Shown: positions 1-12,575, counted from the first letter of the stretch. The stretch is 64,000 nucleotides of DNA from Prorocentrum cordatum (GCA_963575745.1 CAUYUJ010000026.1:186001-250000); one strand, 5' to 3'. The notes: generated by a model not told the origin, from the sequence alone. Made by a program: numbers and translations.

Positions 1-22
1 GACGGCCTGGAGGTCGGACGCG

Positions 23-1583
23 ATGGCAGCCATGTGGGTGAACAGGCCTGCCGACGGGCTGCTAGGCGGTCGCTTTTTCCTCGACGGCTCGGCGCTCGAC
101 CATGAGTTCGAATGCATCCGCAGGGCTGGCTGGAGTATCGTGCAGTGCGACGAGTTCGGCAACATGGAGGCGGCGGTGTACGGCACGGTCCGCCTCGACC
201 TATGCCCCTTCCAGACGGCGAAGGACGGCGAGGACCTCGCGGTCTGGATGCTGAGCCGCTACCTCGGGCCTTCGATCATCGAGATCAACATCGACTGTGA
301 GTCCACAGTCAGCTGCTTGAAGCTCGGCAGGAAGTATGCGACGGCGGCCACCAAGCCCAATGCACACCTGTGGTCGGCCGTCTACGCCTCGCTGGACGTC
401 GACTCGCTCAATGTGAACAAGGTGGCGGCCCACTGCACCGAGACCGATGTCAGCGAAGGCAGGATCTCGGAGTATCAGTGGCTTGGGAACGCCCACGCCG
501 ACACCTCGCTGGACGTCGACTCGCTCAATGTGAACAAGGTGGCGGCCCACTGCACCGAGACCGATGTCAGCGAAGGCAGGATCTCGGAGTATCAGTGGCT
601 TGGGAACGCCCACGCCGACAGGCTGGCGAAGGCGGGGGCGGCCCTCCACAGGGCCAGCGCGGCGGCCAGGCGCGAGTTCTTCGGCGCGATGGAGGTCGTG
701 AGAGAGCTCTCCAGGTGGATCGCGCAGGCCTCGATCGTCTGGCAGGACAGGGCCTCCAAGGACTGCGAGGGCCTCCCTGAGCGCGACGAGCGAAGGACGG
801 CTGTCACCTTCGCGGTCCCGCTGGAGGAGCGTGCTGACGGCCTGCGGGCGGCCCCCGTGAGCGAGTCGGGTGCCCCGCCCGCCGCCGTGGGGGCCCGCGG
901 GGAGCAGGCAGGCAGCCGCCCCGCCGCTGTCGGCGCCTGGGCCTCGGCGGCGCGCGACGGCGGAGCAGCGCTGGGCGCCCTGGTCTTCGCCGTCGCTGGG
1001 CACGCCCTCGCGCGCGCCAGGTGCGGTGAGGACGGCGACCAGCAGGAGATCATTGCGTGCACCAGGTGCGGAGCGTATGCGAGGCTTGGCGGACTCCCCG
1101 GCCCGCAGCCCAAGCTCAGGGAGCGCTGTCCTGGGGCAACGGGCCTCCCCAGGTCGCTGCGGGACCAGAAGTCGCGGTGGGAGCGTGGCCTCCACCCTGG
1201 GCGCGCGCCGCACGCCCGCGACGCGCGGAGGAAAGGGGGCGGAGGCCACCCGCCTTCGCAAGGAGGCCGAGGTGCCGCAGGACGCCAGGGTGCGTTTCCT
1301 GAAGTGGCTCGGAGTCCAGCCTGATGCCCCAGCAGGCGTCGAGGGCAGCGCCTCGGTGGCCGACGCTGCTGGGGGCGACGCTGGCTGCGCGGCCTCCTCC
1401 TCGACGGAGCTGCCCGCGGCGGCTGGGGGCGCCGCGGCGGGAGCGGGATCGCGGCAGGCCTGGCTGGAAGCCGACGGCCTCGATGAGGAGAGCCTGCTGA
1501 GCTGGGCTGAGGAGGCTGAGGAGGCCCGACTTGAGCGCCAGAGCAGGAAGCGGCGCAGAGATGACGGAGATGGAGGTGATTGA
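23..1583 (+). pseudogene. C-terminal RNase H / Zn-finger part of a LINE polyprotein, with a 117-bp internal duplication and a frameshift near 1230-1260
   Basis: RNase H catalytic D/E/D/H/D pattern. The reading frame switches from ORF 23-1324 to ORF 870-1583 (VRFLKWLGV...RKRRR). Confidence 0.7.
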
Positions 1584-2084
1584 GTCCGCGCTGGCCCCAG
1601 CCTTGGGGCGCTCGGACCGCGCGAACGCGCGTGTGCCGAGCCTTGGCTGCTCCTGGCTGTGGAGCGCCAGCCTGCCTCTCCTCCTGTCCTCCCTCTGCGT
1701 CCGTCTCCTGTCCGCCCGTGCGTTTTGGACCCCTGGTGGCCGCGGGCCTCGGCGTGTGGGCGTTAAGCTTCCTGCGCCTCGCCTGCCTCGCCGTGCCGCT
1801 TGGGGCTGTGCAAGCATGTTTGGGGCGTCGCCCGCCGCTTGTCTGCGCGGTTGTATATATTCCAGCGCTTCGCGCTGATGCCCCTCGACGGGGGTCTGAG
1901 CTGACAGGCCGAGCGGTGCCTCGGGGCCGATGTGCCCTGGTGGCAGCCTTCTGCGGCTCGTCTGGGCTCTCGGGATCCCTTGTGGCCCGCCCCCTGTCTT
2001 GGGACGGCCCCTCGTGGCTTTGGCCCCTCAGTGGAGCCTGGGCCCTCTGTGGGCTCCTTTTTAGCCTTTATAGGCCCCGCGTCA

Positions 2085-2157
2085 ACAGACACAGACACAG
2101 ACACAGACACAGACACAGGCACAGGCACAGACACAGACACAGACACAGACACACACA
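2085..2157 (+). repeat. (ACAGAC)n microsatellite, probable LINE 3' tail
   Basis: About 12 hexamer units directly after the LINE 3' UTR. Confidence 0.85.
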
Positions 2158-3374
2158 ATCTCCTTGTCACCTCGAAGGCTACTTGTTTGTTTTTGGAAGC
2201 TCATTCTAACATGCAGAGTGCACTTCTTCGCACTTTTTTAGAGGCTTCTGAAGCCCACGACATGTTTCTGAAAGGGCACTACGGGCTGCTGCACGGCGAC
2301 CTAAAGACCTTAAAGTATATGCTAAAGGCCACTCGAGGCTTCTAAACCGAGGTTGCCTTTGCTAGAATTGGCTTCCAAAACGACTCACCTAACGAAGGGT
2401 GGTCGTATAGGTAAGCGTTCAAAGGTCTGCGCAGATTTCTTGTGTTCTGGCGGAGGGTAGGGGGGACGAGAGAAGGGAAGAAATTGGAAGGTGAGATGTG
2501 AAGTGAGGTACGGGGGGGGGGTGGAGGGGCGGCAGGGGGCGGGGGAGGGAATTGGAAGGTGCAGTGTGGAGTGAGGCACGGGGGGGGAGAGTGGAGGAGC
2601 GGCAGAGGGTGGTGAGAGGGGAAGGGGTGCGGAGTGAGGGCGACGGGGTGACTGGGCGGGGAGGGTGTGGGGGAAGAGGGAGGACCAGGTGAGGGGGGGG
2701 GCGGGAAGGCGAGCGCCGCAGAAGCGCACGGGCGTGCGGGGCAGGCGGGGTGCAGGACTTCGGACCCCCCAGAGTTCTGTAGGACCGTCCCTCGCCGCAC
2801 ACCAGGCAAGAGAGTGGCCTGCCAACGTGTGCCCCGCAGAAGTCGCTTCTCCCCCCCCCCGAAGGGCCCCAAGGGTCCTCAGAAGCGCTGGGGCATGCCC
2901 CAAGGAGATGATCGTTTTCTTATACATTGTTTCGCCGATCGGCGCGGGCCCTCGCACCCCCCCCCTTGGTAGATCTTGGCTCTTTTTGTAGCCTGTCTCA
3001 AGCAGGTGGAGTTTCCCCCACATGACGCACTGCTGCAAACAGTCGCACTATCAGCAGAGGTCCAGAGCCAGACCCACCCCTCCCCCTCCTTCCGCCCAAT
3101 GTCGAAACGCCGAACAAGAAAACGTTCACCAGGGTATTCGTCGTGTGTGCCTGCTGTACACCCCGGGATCGAGATCGTCACCCGAGTCCGGACGTGCCGA
3201 GCAGGCGCCCGCTGTGGCACCTCGCCGGCGCCCAGAGGCCTGCCCCTGACCTCGCACTCGTCGTGCTCTGGGACGATGCTGCCAAGAAGGGCGGACGCGT
3301 CAGCGATTCCCGCCCAGCTTTGCACCCGCTGTTTCCGCCCCACCTTTGTTACAGTGTCGGCCCCACCGAGGACA

Positions 3375-3818
3375 CCAGCTGAACTCGGACCCAGCTGAGC
3401 TCGGACCGGGGCTGCATTCGGACCCCCGCTGAACTCGGACCCTGGCTGAACTCGGACCCAGAACTCTGACCCAGAAAACTCGGACCCAGCTTATCTCGGA
3501 CCCAGCTGAACTCGGACCCAGCTGATCTCGGACCCAGCTGAACTCGGACACAGCTGAACTCGAACCCAAGTGAACTCAGACCGAGGCCCGCGCTGCAGCG
3601 GGAACGCCTGTGTCCGAGATCAGCTGGGGCCGAGATCAGCCAGGTCCGAGATCAACCTGGTCCGAGTTCAGCCGGGTCCGAGTCCAGCCGGGTCCGAGTC
3701 CAGCCAGGTCCGAGACCAGCCAGGTCCGAGCCCCGCCAGGTCCGAGACCAGCCGGGTCCGAGTTCAGCTGGGTCCGAGATCAGCCGTGTCCGACTTCTGC
3801 TGGGTCCGAGTCCAGCCG
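3375..3818. repeat. Foldback cassette of 16-bp units (CCAGCTGAACTCGGAC) in two opposed arrays
   Basis: About 13 forward units at 3375-3583, a ~27-bp spacer, then about 13 reverse-complement units (GGTCCGAGTTCAGCTG-like) at 3611-3818. Confidence 0.9.
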
Positions 3819-4217
3819 TCGGCTGAGCCCAGAGCCGCTCGCGCTCGAGGTCTCGCAGGCAAACGCCCGCGCGACGTCCCCGTCACCGCACGCGGCTACG
3901 GAGGAGAAGTACGGTATGGGGGCACTCGGCGCCTGGAGTTGGCAGGTGGTGACGCATGTGCCTTGAGGTGGTAACTACGGGTCCCGCCGGGCCGTCTCCA
4001 TTGGTCGAGGAACCGAACCGAAGGGGGGCGGGTCCTCGGCCCCCGCCAGCGCCAAGCGACGGCAGAATCGAAGGCTGATCGGTTGGGGCTGGAACCAGAT
4101 GGTCGGCACCAGGTGCGAACGAGAAACGTGCCCCCCCCCCCCCCAGGGGCCAACCGACAGCCCCTTGGACAGCCGCGACCCGTCGAGAGCGCACTCCCAG
4201 GGAGGGACAGGAAGACC

Positions 4218-4381
4218 TCAGGAGGGGAAAAACACACACAGACACAATGAATCGTCGATTCCCAGGAAAAGATAGGAAAATATGGGAAGTGGGGGGGAAG
4301 ACAAAAACGCTGAAAATATCGAAAATATTCAGGAATCCTGTTATTTGTGTGTATTTACTTGTGTGTCCCAGGGCCCCTTCA
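4218..4381. mobile_element. 164-bp non-autonomous element (TCAGG...CTTCA), copy 1, 5-bp TSD AGACC
   Basis: Homologous end to end with 42671-42833. Flanked by AGACC at 4213-4217 and 4382-4386. Confidence 0.85.
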
Positions 4382-4580
4382 AGACCTTGCGCCCGAGTCC
4401 AGGGCAGACGACTCCATCGGCACCGCGGCCGGCACGCGAAGACTTGCACCACCTATGCCACGCATCCCTTTGCGATGCTCCCCCCCCCCGCGCGGGAGAC
4501 GGAAAAGGCACGGGTCCGTGGGGCACAGGGCGAGGGCGTCCCCGGCTGCGCCGGGGGAGACCCCAGGACGAAGACGAGGA

Positions 4581-4764
4581 TCGACTACACGTAAGAGTGA
4601 CCCTTCGCCGGAGTGACCTTTAGTACAAGCCCATTGGGGTCCCCCAATCGCCGAACTCGACGCGATAGTAGCGTTCTGCGCGCCTGTGTTTTGTCCCCCC
4701 GCGGCGACCAAAAGCCGCGCAACAGAGGTCACTCTTACCCAGGGTCAGTCTTGCGTGTAGTCGA
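4581..4764. mobile_element. MITE with ~24-bp terminal inverted repeats (TIRs) and a 9-10 bp TSD (Mutator-like geometry)
   Basis: TCGACTACACGTAAGAGTGACCCT ... AGGGTCAGTCTTGCGTGTAGTCGA. GAAGACGAGG lies on both flanks (4570-4579, 4765-4774). Second copy at 19840-20010. Confidence 0.85.
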
Positions 4765-6159
4765 GAAGACGAGGGAGACGGGCGAGAGAGAGGGGGCAAG
4801 GGAAGACAAGGAGAGGAGCAGCGGAAGGGGGCAGGAGGGAGAGGGGGGCGAATGGTAACACGGTTCACCCCCATCCAGCGTTCGTGGCGCAGTCGGCGGC
4901 TCCACCGTGGAAGGTACGAACGAGCCTCACTCAGTCCTGGCGGGGAGAGCCTGGGCAAGGCAGAAAAACACGGGAGAGGGAGGCACCGTCAGACAGAGTT
5001 CCGTTCCCACGTCGTGGAGTGGCTGGTGTCATGGATGGCGTTGTCTCGACACCCCCCTCCCGCCCGCAGCGCAAGGGGGACCGTGGCGGGAAAAAACACA
5101 GCCAAAGAAGAAGGGCGACAAGAGGAGGGGCAGGACGAGAGGGGGGACAGGGCGAAGGGGCAGGGCGCAGGGGCTAGATCAGGTGGTTGCTGATTATGAA
5201 TGGTGGTCGCACTTGCCGTAGGCAGTCAGATAATGCCGAAACCCCTGATGCCCGAAGGCCTTAATACCCGAAGAATTAAACATCCCAAGACCCTCAACCC
5301 TGAAGCCCCTGAAGCATAAAACCACAAAGCCCTCAGACCCTAGGTCCCTGAAGGTCCTGACACTCGAACCCTTCCAGTCTGAAGCCTCCAAGACCCCATT
5401 GCCCTAATGTCGGGGGCGGCATTGAGGGGGGTGATGACTAGGGGGGGGGGATATCATGGCGGGGGCCATGATATTTCCCAGATTTCATGGCGCCTCTTCT
5501 TGTTTCATTACGTCCCTGGCCCCCCCGCTGAGCCGCGCACATGCCGCCGGTCATGATTTGCACGTCCCCCTCTTGGACACCCCCCTCTTGGCCGCTCCCG
5601 ATAATGCCACGAGGTGTGGGTTGCATTGGAGTTACTTCAGTTGGAGCAGTTGGATCTCACAGACACGGCGAAGATGAGCCCCATCGGCCAGGCCTGCGCC
5701 CGAGGCGGAGACGGCGCGCGCCCCATTTCATGCGGGCACGCTCGGCGCGGCGATTACTGCACAGACGTAGACGACGCCAGGATCGCGACCCTCCTAGTGC
5801 AGACCACTCGCTGTAGTGCAGCAGTGTGTGGACGCGGCCTCCTCCCAGCCGTCCTTATCGAGGCTCTCATCGGGATGGCGCCCTTCCTGCGCTCAGCCTC
5901 CTTCTTTCTGCGCCCTTGCATAAGCGCGATGGCGGGATTTGTCGCAGGCAGCTGGATGTATCCCCGCGTTTTCCTTTCGTGCGGCACTGTTGCCCAGGGA
6001 GCTCCAGGGCGGAACCCAGCGACTAGAGCCTTGCCGACCCCGCGAACGCCGACACACACCGAACAGCCACATCAATAGCAAAGCAGGCGCCACAGACAGC
6101 GCGAAGAAATGATCCTGGCGAGGGGCCCAACCGTATGCAGTTGTGAGTACCTCAGTTGT

Positions 6160-6395
6160 GATTGTCTCCTTCGGTGGAGCTCCCTGGCCGCGTGCGAGCG
6201 CAGCCACTGGGGTCTCCGGTGGAGCTCCCCATGGGGCCACGAAACGTGTGAAGGGTGTGCCGAAATGGAGATGGGATGGCACCGCATGCGAACGCAGCCA
6301 CTGGGGCTTTCGGTGGAGCTCCCCACAGGGGCGCCGAAAGGGGGGTGGAACCGCATGCGAACGCAGCCACTGGGGCCTGCGGTGGAGCTATGGCA
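6160..6395 (+). repeat. Degenerate copies of the ~90-bp CCACTGGGGCCTTCGGTGGAGCTC satellite
   Basis: Same motif as the array at 32915-34475. A further fragment lies at about 6755-6785. Confidence 0.8.
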
Positions 6396-6784
6396 GTCGC
6401 GCTCTTCTTCGGAAACTGGAACGTATACATTACCAGTGGCGGGCGGTTTTTCAATCCCAGGACTTTTTTGAGGGTCGGGGACGACGTCGGGGTGGAGTGG
6501 TGTATACTTGTTTCCCAGTTTTCCCGAGGATGCAACAGAAAAATACACCATGATGCCGTATACACCAGAATCCGTTTTCTTGTGCGAATCTTCGTGCGGG
6601 ACCAGAAAAAAAAGCATCGGCGTATGAAGTTCGGTTCCTTACTTCTGCCCCCCAGAGTGACCGTGACCCACTCTTGAGAGGCCACGAACCGCGTGAGGGG
6701 TGAGCCGACCTTGGTGGAGGGGGGTCACGCGGTCGCGCCTGCACACTGCGACCGTAGGTGGAGCTCCCCATGGGGCCACGAAAC

Positions 6785-7240
6785 ACGACGACGGCGACCC
6801 AGCCTTCGACGACGACTCCGACTCCGACTCCGACGACGAGGACTTCGAGTGACTCCGACGACTCTGACGATTCCGATTGCTTTGACGACTCTCGCGGATC
6901 TGACGATTCCCACGGTTCTGACGGCTCTGACGACGACGACAACGACGACGACGGCGACAACGGCGACGGCGACGGCGACGGCGGCGACGACGACGACGGT
7001 GACGACTGCGACGGCGAGGACGACGACGACCTCGACGTGGGCCATTGGGTTGTCAGTGTGTCGTCGTGGTCGTCGTCGTGGTCGTCGTGGTCGTCGTGGT
7101 CGTCGTTGTCGTCGTCGTCGTCGGCGTGGTCGTTGTGGTCGTCGTGGTCGTCGTGGTCGTCGTCATCGTCGTGGTCGTCGTGGTCGTCGTCGCGCGTCGT
7201 CGTGGTCGTCGTGGTGGTTGTGGTTGTGGTCGTCGTCGTC
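6785..7240. repeat. Head-to-head (GAC)n and (GTC)n degenerate microsatellites
   Basis: GAC-rich at 6785-7035, then the complementary GTC-rich tract at 7060-7240. Confidence 0.85.
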
Positions 7241-7899
7241 ATAATGACAGTGGTGGCGGGCGAGTGGACGGCCGACCCGAGCGGGGCCATTGGCGCGTGA
7301 GCGTACTGAAGCAAATCAAAACAACGACGCTTCAGTTAAAACATAGCAAGAAAGTCTTTTGCTTCAAGAGGTCCCCACCAGGACCTGTTTGTTCCCGACA
7401 GAGAGCGGTCGCCTAATTGGTCGACAATTGCCGTTCCTGGATTCAACACATGGTTCAACCGTGTTCTATGTAGTCGCGTTCTTCCATGTGTTGTTCTATA
7501 CGTCTTGTTCTGTTCTCGACAGGCCAGCATGACGTCGTGACGCTTGTGACGTTGGATGCGTCGTCTGCTATGGTGTTCCTCTTAACTTATATGTTTCTCT
7601 GCTGGTTGGAAATTTCAGGATGTGACCATCTCTGTCACCATCTGATTTGAGATGCCATGATATCATCTGCTGCGTGGCGCTTGTTATGGCATGATGTGCT
7701 ATGTGAAGTCATGGTGCTGTATTCCATGATGCTGTTGGCAGCTCGGCCCAGTGTGATATTTTACAAAGAATAACTAATACGTAGCACCCCGCAGATGCGG
7801 TAAGAGTGAGGGGGCGGTGGGGACGTCGGCAGTTTGCGAGACTCTGGGGAAGCCCGCCGCCAGCGCCAAAGTTTCACAAAGTATACAACGAGCTCGTCG

Positions 7900-8230
7900 A
7901 GTGGGTAGGTCGCGGGTGGGTCGTTTTTGGGTCGCGGTTGTGTCGCCGGGTGGGCGCGGGTGGGTCGCGGAGTGGGTCGCGGGTGGGTCGGTCGCAAGTG
8001 GGTCGCGGGTGGGTCGCGGATGGGTAGCGGATGGGTCGCGGCGTTGGTCGCGGGTGGGTCGCGGGGTGGGTGACAAATGGGTCGCGGGTGGGTCGCGGGG
8101 TGGGTCGCGGATGGGTCGCGGGTGGGTCGCGGGTTGGTCGCAGGGTGGGTCTCGGGGTGGGTCGCGGGGTTGGTCGCGGAGAGGGTCGCGGGTGAGTCGC
8201 GGAGTGGGTCGCGGGTGGGTCGCGGGTGGG
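7900..8230 (+). repeat. ~11-12 bp GGGTCGCGGGT minisatellite followed by (AAC)n
   Basis: More than 20 tandem units of GGTCGCGG(G)TG. Confidence 0.9.
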
Positions 8231-8394
8231 GCGACGACAACAAACACCAACAACAACAACAACAATAACAACAACAAAGACAAAAACCAAAACAACAACG
8301 TTAAACACAACAACAACGCAACAAGCATCATCTTCACAACGGATCCCCACTTCAGCCACGCACCCAGGGACAATGAATGACCGTTCGGCTCTCT

Positions 8395-9768
8395 CATTAT
8401 GATGATATGCTATGTTCGTATGTTTCTTTATGCTTTGGTGTCGCATTCTGGTATGTCCTGTGATGCTGCCATGATATGAATTGACATCGTATGCCATGGT
8501 GTGTTATGTTGCGCTCGGTTATGTAATGTTGTGATGCTTCAGGGTTTAATATGTAATGTCATGTTCTGCTCTGATACGGTATGTAATGTGATAATATGTT
8601 TGTTGATGGCTCCGCTCTGTATAGTCGAGTATGCTAGTTTCTGTTAGTACGTGACGCAATGCCCTATTCTCGTGTTATGATATGTGCTGTGTTGTTGTGT
8701 TATGGTATGTTATGTGCTACCACGGTGTGTTATGTTATGCTCGGCTATGGTATGTTACGTTGTGCGTTGTCAGGTTATGTTTCGTCATGTTCTGATTTGG
8801 TATGTTATGTTATGTTTTGTTATGCCCCAGTTTGCCATGACATTGCCATGTTCTGTTCTACCAAGGTCTGGCATGCTCGTGCTTTGTTTTTGTCATGTGA
8901 TGTTGTGGCATGCTGTGCTATGCCGTGTTCTTAGTCGCTTTCCTTTGCTGTCGCGTTATGATGTGCTCTGTAATGTTGTGGCATGGCACAGGAAGTTCTG
9001 TCAAGGTGTGCTATGTTATGCTGAGCTCTGTTCTGTGATGTTGTCTTCTGCCGTTTTCTGTTCTGACATGGTCTGCTTTGGTATGCTATGTGATAGTATG
9101 TTATGTTCTACGATTTTGTGACGTTGCTGTGCTCTGTTCTGCCATGGTCTGGCGTGCTCTTGATCTGTTGTGTCATGTGCTGTTGTGTCATGTTGTGCTC
9201 TGTCGTGTTCGTCGTTGTTATGCTCTGCTGTCATGATTTGAAGAGCTATGTGATGCATTGGCATGGTCGGATATGTTCTGCCAAGGTGTGCTATGTTATG
9301 CTCGGCTATTGTCTGTTATGTTGCGTTATGTCGTCTTCTGTTCTGTTGTGTTCGGTTCTGGAATGTGGTGTGATGTTCTGTTATGATATATTGTCATGCA
9401 AATTATATGTTCTGTTCTGCCATGGTGTGTTTTGCTCGCGCTCTGTTCTGTCATGTGCTGTTGTGTCATGCTGTGTATTGCCGTGTTCTTCGTTGCTCTG
9501 AGCTGCTGTCGTGTTATGATATGTTATGTGATGCTGTGCCACGATATGCTATGTTATGTCAAGGTGTGTCATGTTATGTTCGGTTATGTTATGTTGTGTT
9601 ATGTCGTCTTCTGTTCTAACATGTTCTGCCCCGTTGTGTTATCTGATATTATGATGTGCCCTATGTTGGTCATGACATTTCTATGCTTTGCTCTGCCATG
9701 TTCTATCATGCTCGTGTTCTGTTCTGTCATGCTATGTTGTGTCATGTTGTGCTCTGTCGTGTTCGTCG
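8395..9768 (+). repeat. Degenerate TGTTA/TGCTA pentamer satellite with a ~280-bp higher-order period
   Basis: Marker C(C/A)AGGTGTGYTATGTTATGCTCGG recurs at about 8494, 8720, 9001, 9281 and 9559. Confidence 0.8.
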
Positions 9769-9769
9769 A

Positions 9770-10015
9770 GGGCGCGAGGCGGGACACCCGGGACTCTACG
9801 GGATCATCGGGACAATTTGGGGTCTGGCGGCCGCGGTATGCAGGGTGGGGTTGGCCGGGCGCGAGGCGGGACACCGGGGATACTCGGGATATTCAGGACA
9901 ACTTGGGGTCTGGCGGCCGCGGTATGCAGGGCGGGGTTGGCCGAGCGCGAGGCGGGACACCCGGGATACTCGGGGCAACTTGGGGTCTGGCGGCTGCGGC
10001 ATGCAGGGTGGTGTT
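9770..10015 (+). repeat. Three tandem ~85-bp units (GGCGCGAGGCGGGACACCCGGG...GGTATGCAGGG)
   Basis: Direct tandem copies starting at about 9770, 9857 and 9943. Confidence 0.85.
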
Positions 10016-10389
10016 GTCCAGGGGGGCCTGTTCGTGAGGTCTAGCAAACGCAACCCGTCGGGTGGGGAACAAGCAGTGGCACAAGTAAGTCCAAAATATG
10101 TGTTCTACATCAAAGATAAGTGGCTTCGTAAAGTTTCAGGACAAGGGTATACATTTCAAGCAATTGCAAAACAAAGTTTTTGTTTTTTCACTCCTCGAGC
10201 CGATGGGCGGCTGCTTCGTTAGCACCCCGCCCAACGGCGCTTCTGCACTCCGCCTCCCCCGCCCCTGGTAAGAGAGGCACCTCGGACGAGGGGTGGGCAT
10301 AGGCGCTCTCCAGGGCGCTGGCCCGAGGCGGCCAGTGAACCCCAAGGATGGAGGACCCGGCACAGCCACGAGATGACCTGGACCATGGG

Positions 10390-10539
10390 GTTACGTCGGG
10401 CATGTCCCTCTAAAGGAGGAACCTTCTCAAATAGGAAAAAAGATAGCCTGGGGACAATTTTTTGAATATTCTTGGACCATTTAGATATGCCAGAAAAATC
10501 CTTCAAAATCTGCCTGTGGGGGGACATGCCCGACCTAAT
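10390..10539. mobile_element. ~150-bp MITE (TTA.GTCGGGCATGTCCC TIR), copy 1
   Basis: Perfect 14-bp IR: GTCGGGCATGTCCC (10395) and GGGACATGCCCGAC (10521-10534). Homologous to 36411-36560. Confidence 0.85.
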
Positions 10540-11804
10540 CCTAGGGACCCCGCCCACTTTTTTGCACTCTACCGCCTCACCACGGCTTGCTTCTACGCCA
10601 TTGCACTCTAACCACCCGCAACCTATTTTTGATTCCCTCCCTCATAAAGGTCATGATTGATGTTATGATGTCCCTTTCTCCCTCCTCTTCCCTGTCTGGT
10701 GACTTTAACATGTCGTTCTATTCAACTTCTACATCCCCAGGGCTGTCTTGTGACGAGCCCTGGGGGAAGCGACAGCGTGCGGAGCCGTCTCAAGCAATCA
10801 GGAAGCAGGAAACCAGAGAAGGAGGAGTACTTAATGGCACCGGAAACGGCAGGCGGTGTTCTCACCGTATTCGAAAAAAGTGTATGCGGTTACAACGCTA
10901 AAACACGGCTGCTGGAAACGGCAACAAAAACACGGAGAGAGAGGGTGAAGGGATAGGAAGAGAAGTAGCAGTAGGAGTACGGGTAACCGTAGCAAGAAGG
11001 CGGAGTAGGAGTAGTGTGGGCAGCGCGCGCGCGACGACGTGGAAAATCAATGGGTGCTGGAGGGTGGGCTGCGCGATGTCTTCGACCCGCGGCCCCACAG
11101 GCCTCGATCGCTTCCCCGACGGTAGTTTTTTTCTCCAGAGCCGGTTCTGACGGTCCCAGGGCTCGACGACGGGCCCTGGCGGGCGAAACGGACATAAAGC
11201 GCCAGGATGCCAAAAGTCATCCTGGTCGGAAAGTTGGTAAATCGGCAACGGGAGAGAATGGCCAACAAAAATGCCAAAATCGCCAGAAAGCTGGCAACGG
11301 GGAGTCTTCCTGGTCGTCGTCGCCGACGGCCGCTAAGCCCTGGGCGCGAGGAGAGCCGCACACGCTGCTGGCGACCGGGCAGAACTGCGCCGAGGTCGGG
11401 CTCAGCAGCGTGCCATCCGCTTCGGACACCTGCTGCACGAAAGCGCTTCCTGCATAGCGGGTGCACCTTTCGGCGATTGCAAAGGGTATGGTTACGCCGG
11501 GGTGTGGCTTGCGATCGGCACCGTTGGGCCCTGGGGGTCACGACGCTGTCCTCGTCGGGCCTCCCCGGGGCGCGGGAAAACTCTACCGAGGTCCCCGCGC
11601 GACCCCCCAGGGTGCCCCCAAGGATGTTCTCCAGGGTGCCGGTTGCAAACCGCACCCTTTGCAAACCACACCCTTTGGAGTCGCCGAACCTTGGGGGCCG
11701 TGCCAGGGGGGATCCGTATCATGACCCCCTCGCGTCGCAAACACTAACACAATGGGGGTTACGTGTTGTTGTTGCGACTGCTGCTGCTGTTAACGTTGTC
11801 ATAG

Positions 11805-11805
11805 C

Positions 11806-11892
<87 letters not shown>

Positions 11893-11916
11893 TAGTCGTA
11901 GTACTAGTAGTAGTAC

Positions 11917-11956
<40 letters not shown>

Positions 11957-12007
11957 CGTAGTAGTAGCAGTAGTAGCCGTAGTCGTAGTCGTAGTCGTAG
12001 TAGTCGT

Positions 12008-12061
<54 letters not shown>

Positions 12062-12123
12062 CAGTCGTAGTCGTAGTAGTAGTCGTCGTCGTAGTAGTAG
12101 TAGTAGTAGTATTAGTAGGAGTT

Positions 12124-12160
<37 letters not shown>

Positions 12161-12361
12161 CAGTAGTAGTAGTAGTAGTAGTCGTAGTAAGTTTCGTAAT
12201 CGTAGTAGTGGTATTAGTGTAGTAGTAGTAGTAGTTAGTAGTAGTAGTAGTAGTAGTAGTAGGAGTAGTTATAGTAGTAGTAGTCGTAGTAGTAGTAGTC
12301 GTCGTAGTAGTAGTAGTAGTAGTAGTAGTAAGTCGTAAGTAGTAAGTAGTAAGTAGTAAGC

Positions 12362-12405
<44 letters not shown>

Positions 12406-12467
12406 CCGTAGTAGTAGTAGTACAATTAGTAGTAGTCGCAGTAGTAGTAGTAGTAGTAGTAGTAGTT

Positions 12468-12512
<45 letters not shown>

Positions 12513-12575
12513 ATAGTAGTAGTAGTTCTAGTAGTGGTGGTAGTCGTAGTAGTTGTAGGTCGTAGTAGTAGTAGT
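11805..12575 (+). repeat. (GTA)n microsatellite tract
   Basis: Directly visible. Confidence 0.95.

Larger units (their letters stand above)
1..2157 (+). mobile_element. 3' part of a non-LTR (LINE-like) retrotransposon: RNase H domain, Cys motif, 3' UTR and (GACACA)n tail
   Basis: ORF 23-1324 has RNase H motifs (FLDGS...GWS...QT..DGE...IDC...LW...KVAAH...GNAHAD.LAK) followed by CTRCGAY...LRERC. A second frame continues to a stop at 1583. A hexamer microsatellite at 2085-2157 ends the element. The 5' part lies outside the window. Confidence 0.8.

Noticed and set aside
5225..5400. Interstitial telomere (CCCTAAA-like)
   Set aside because: Only a very degenerate ~8-bp CCCTGAAG-type periodicity, with no run of exact telomeric units.
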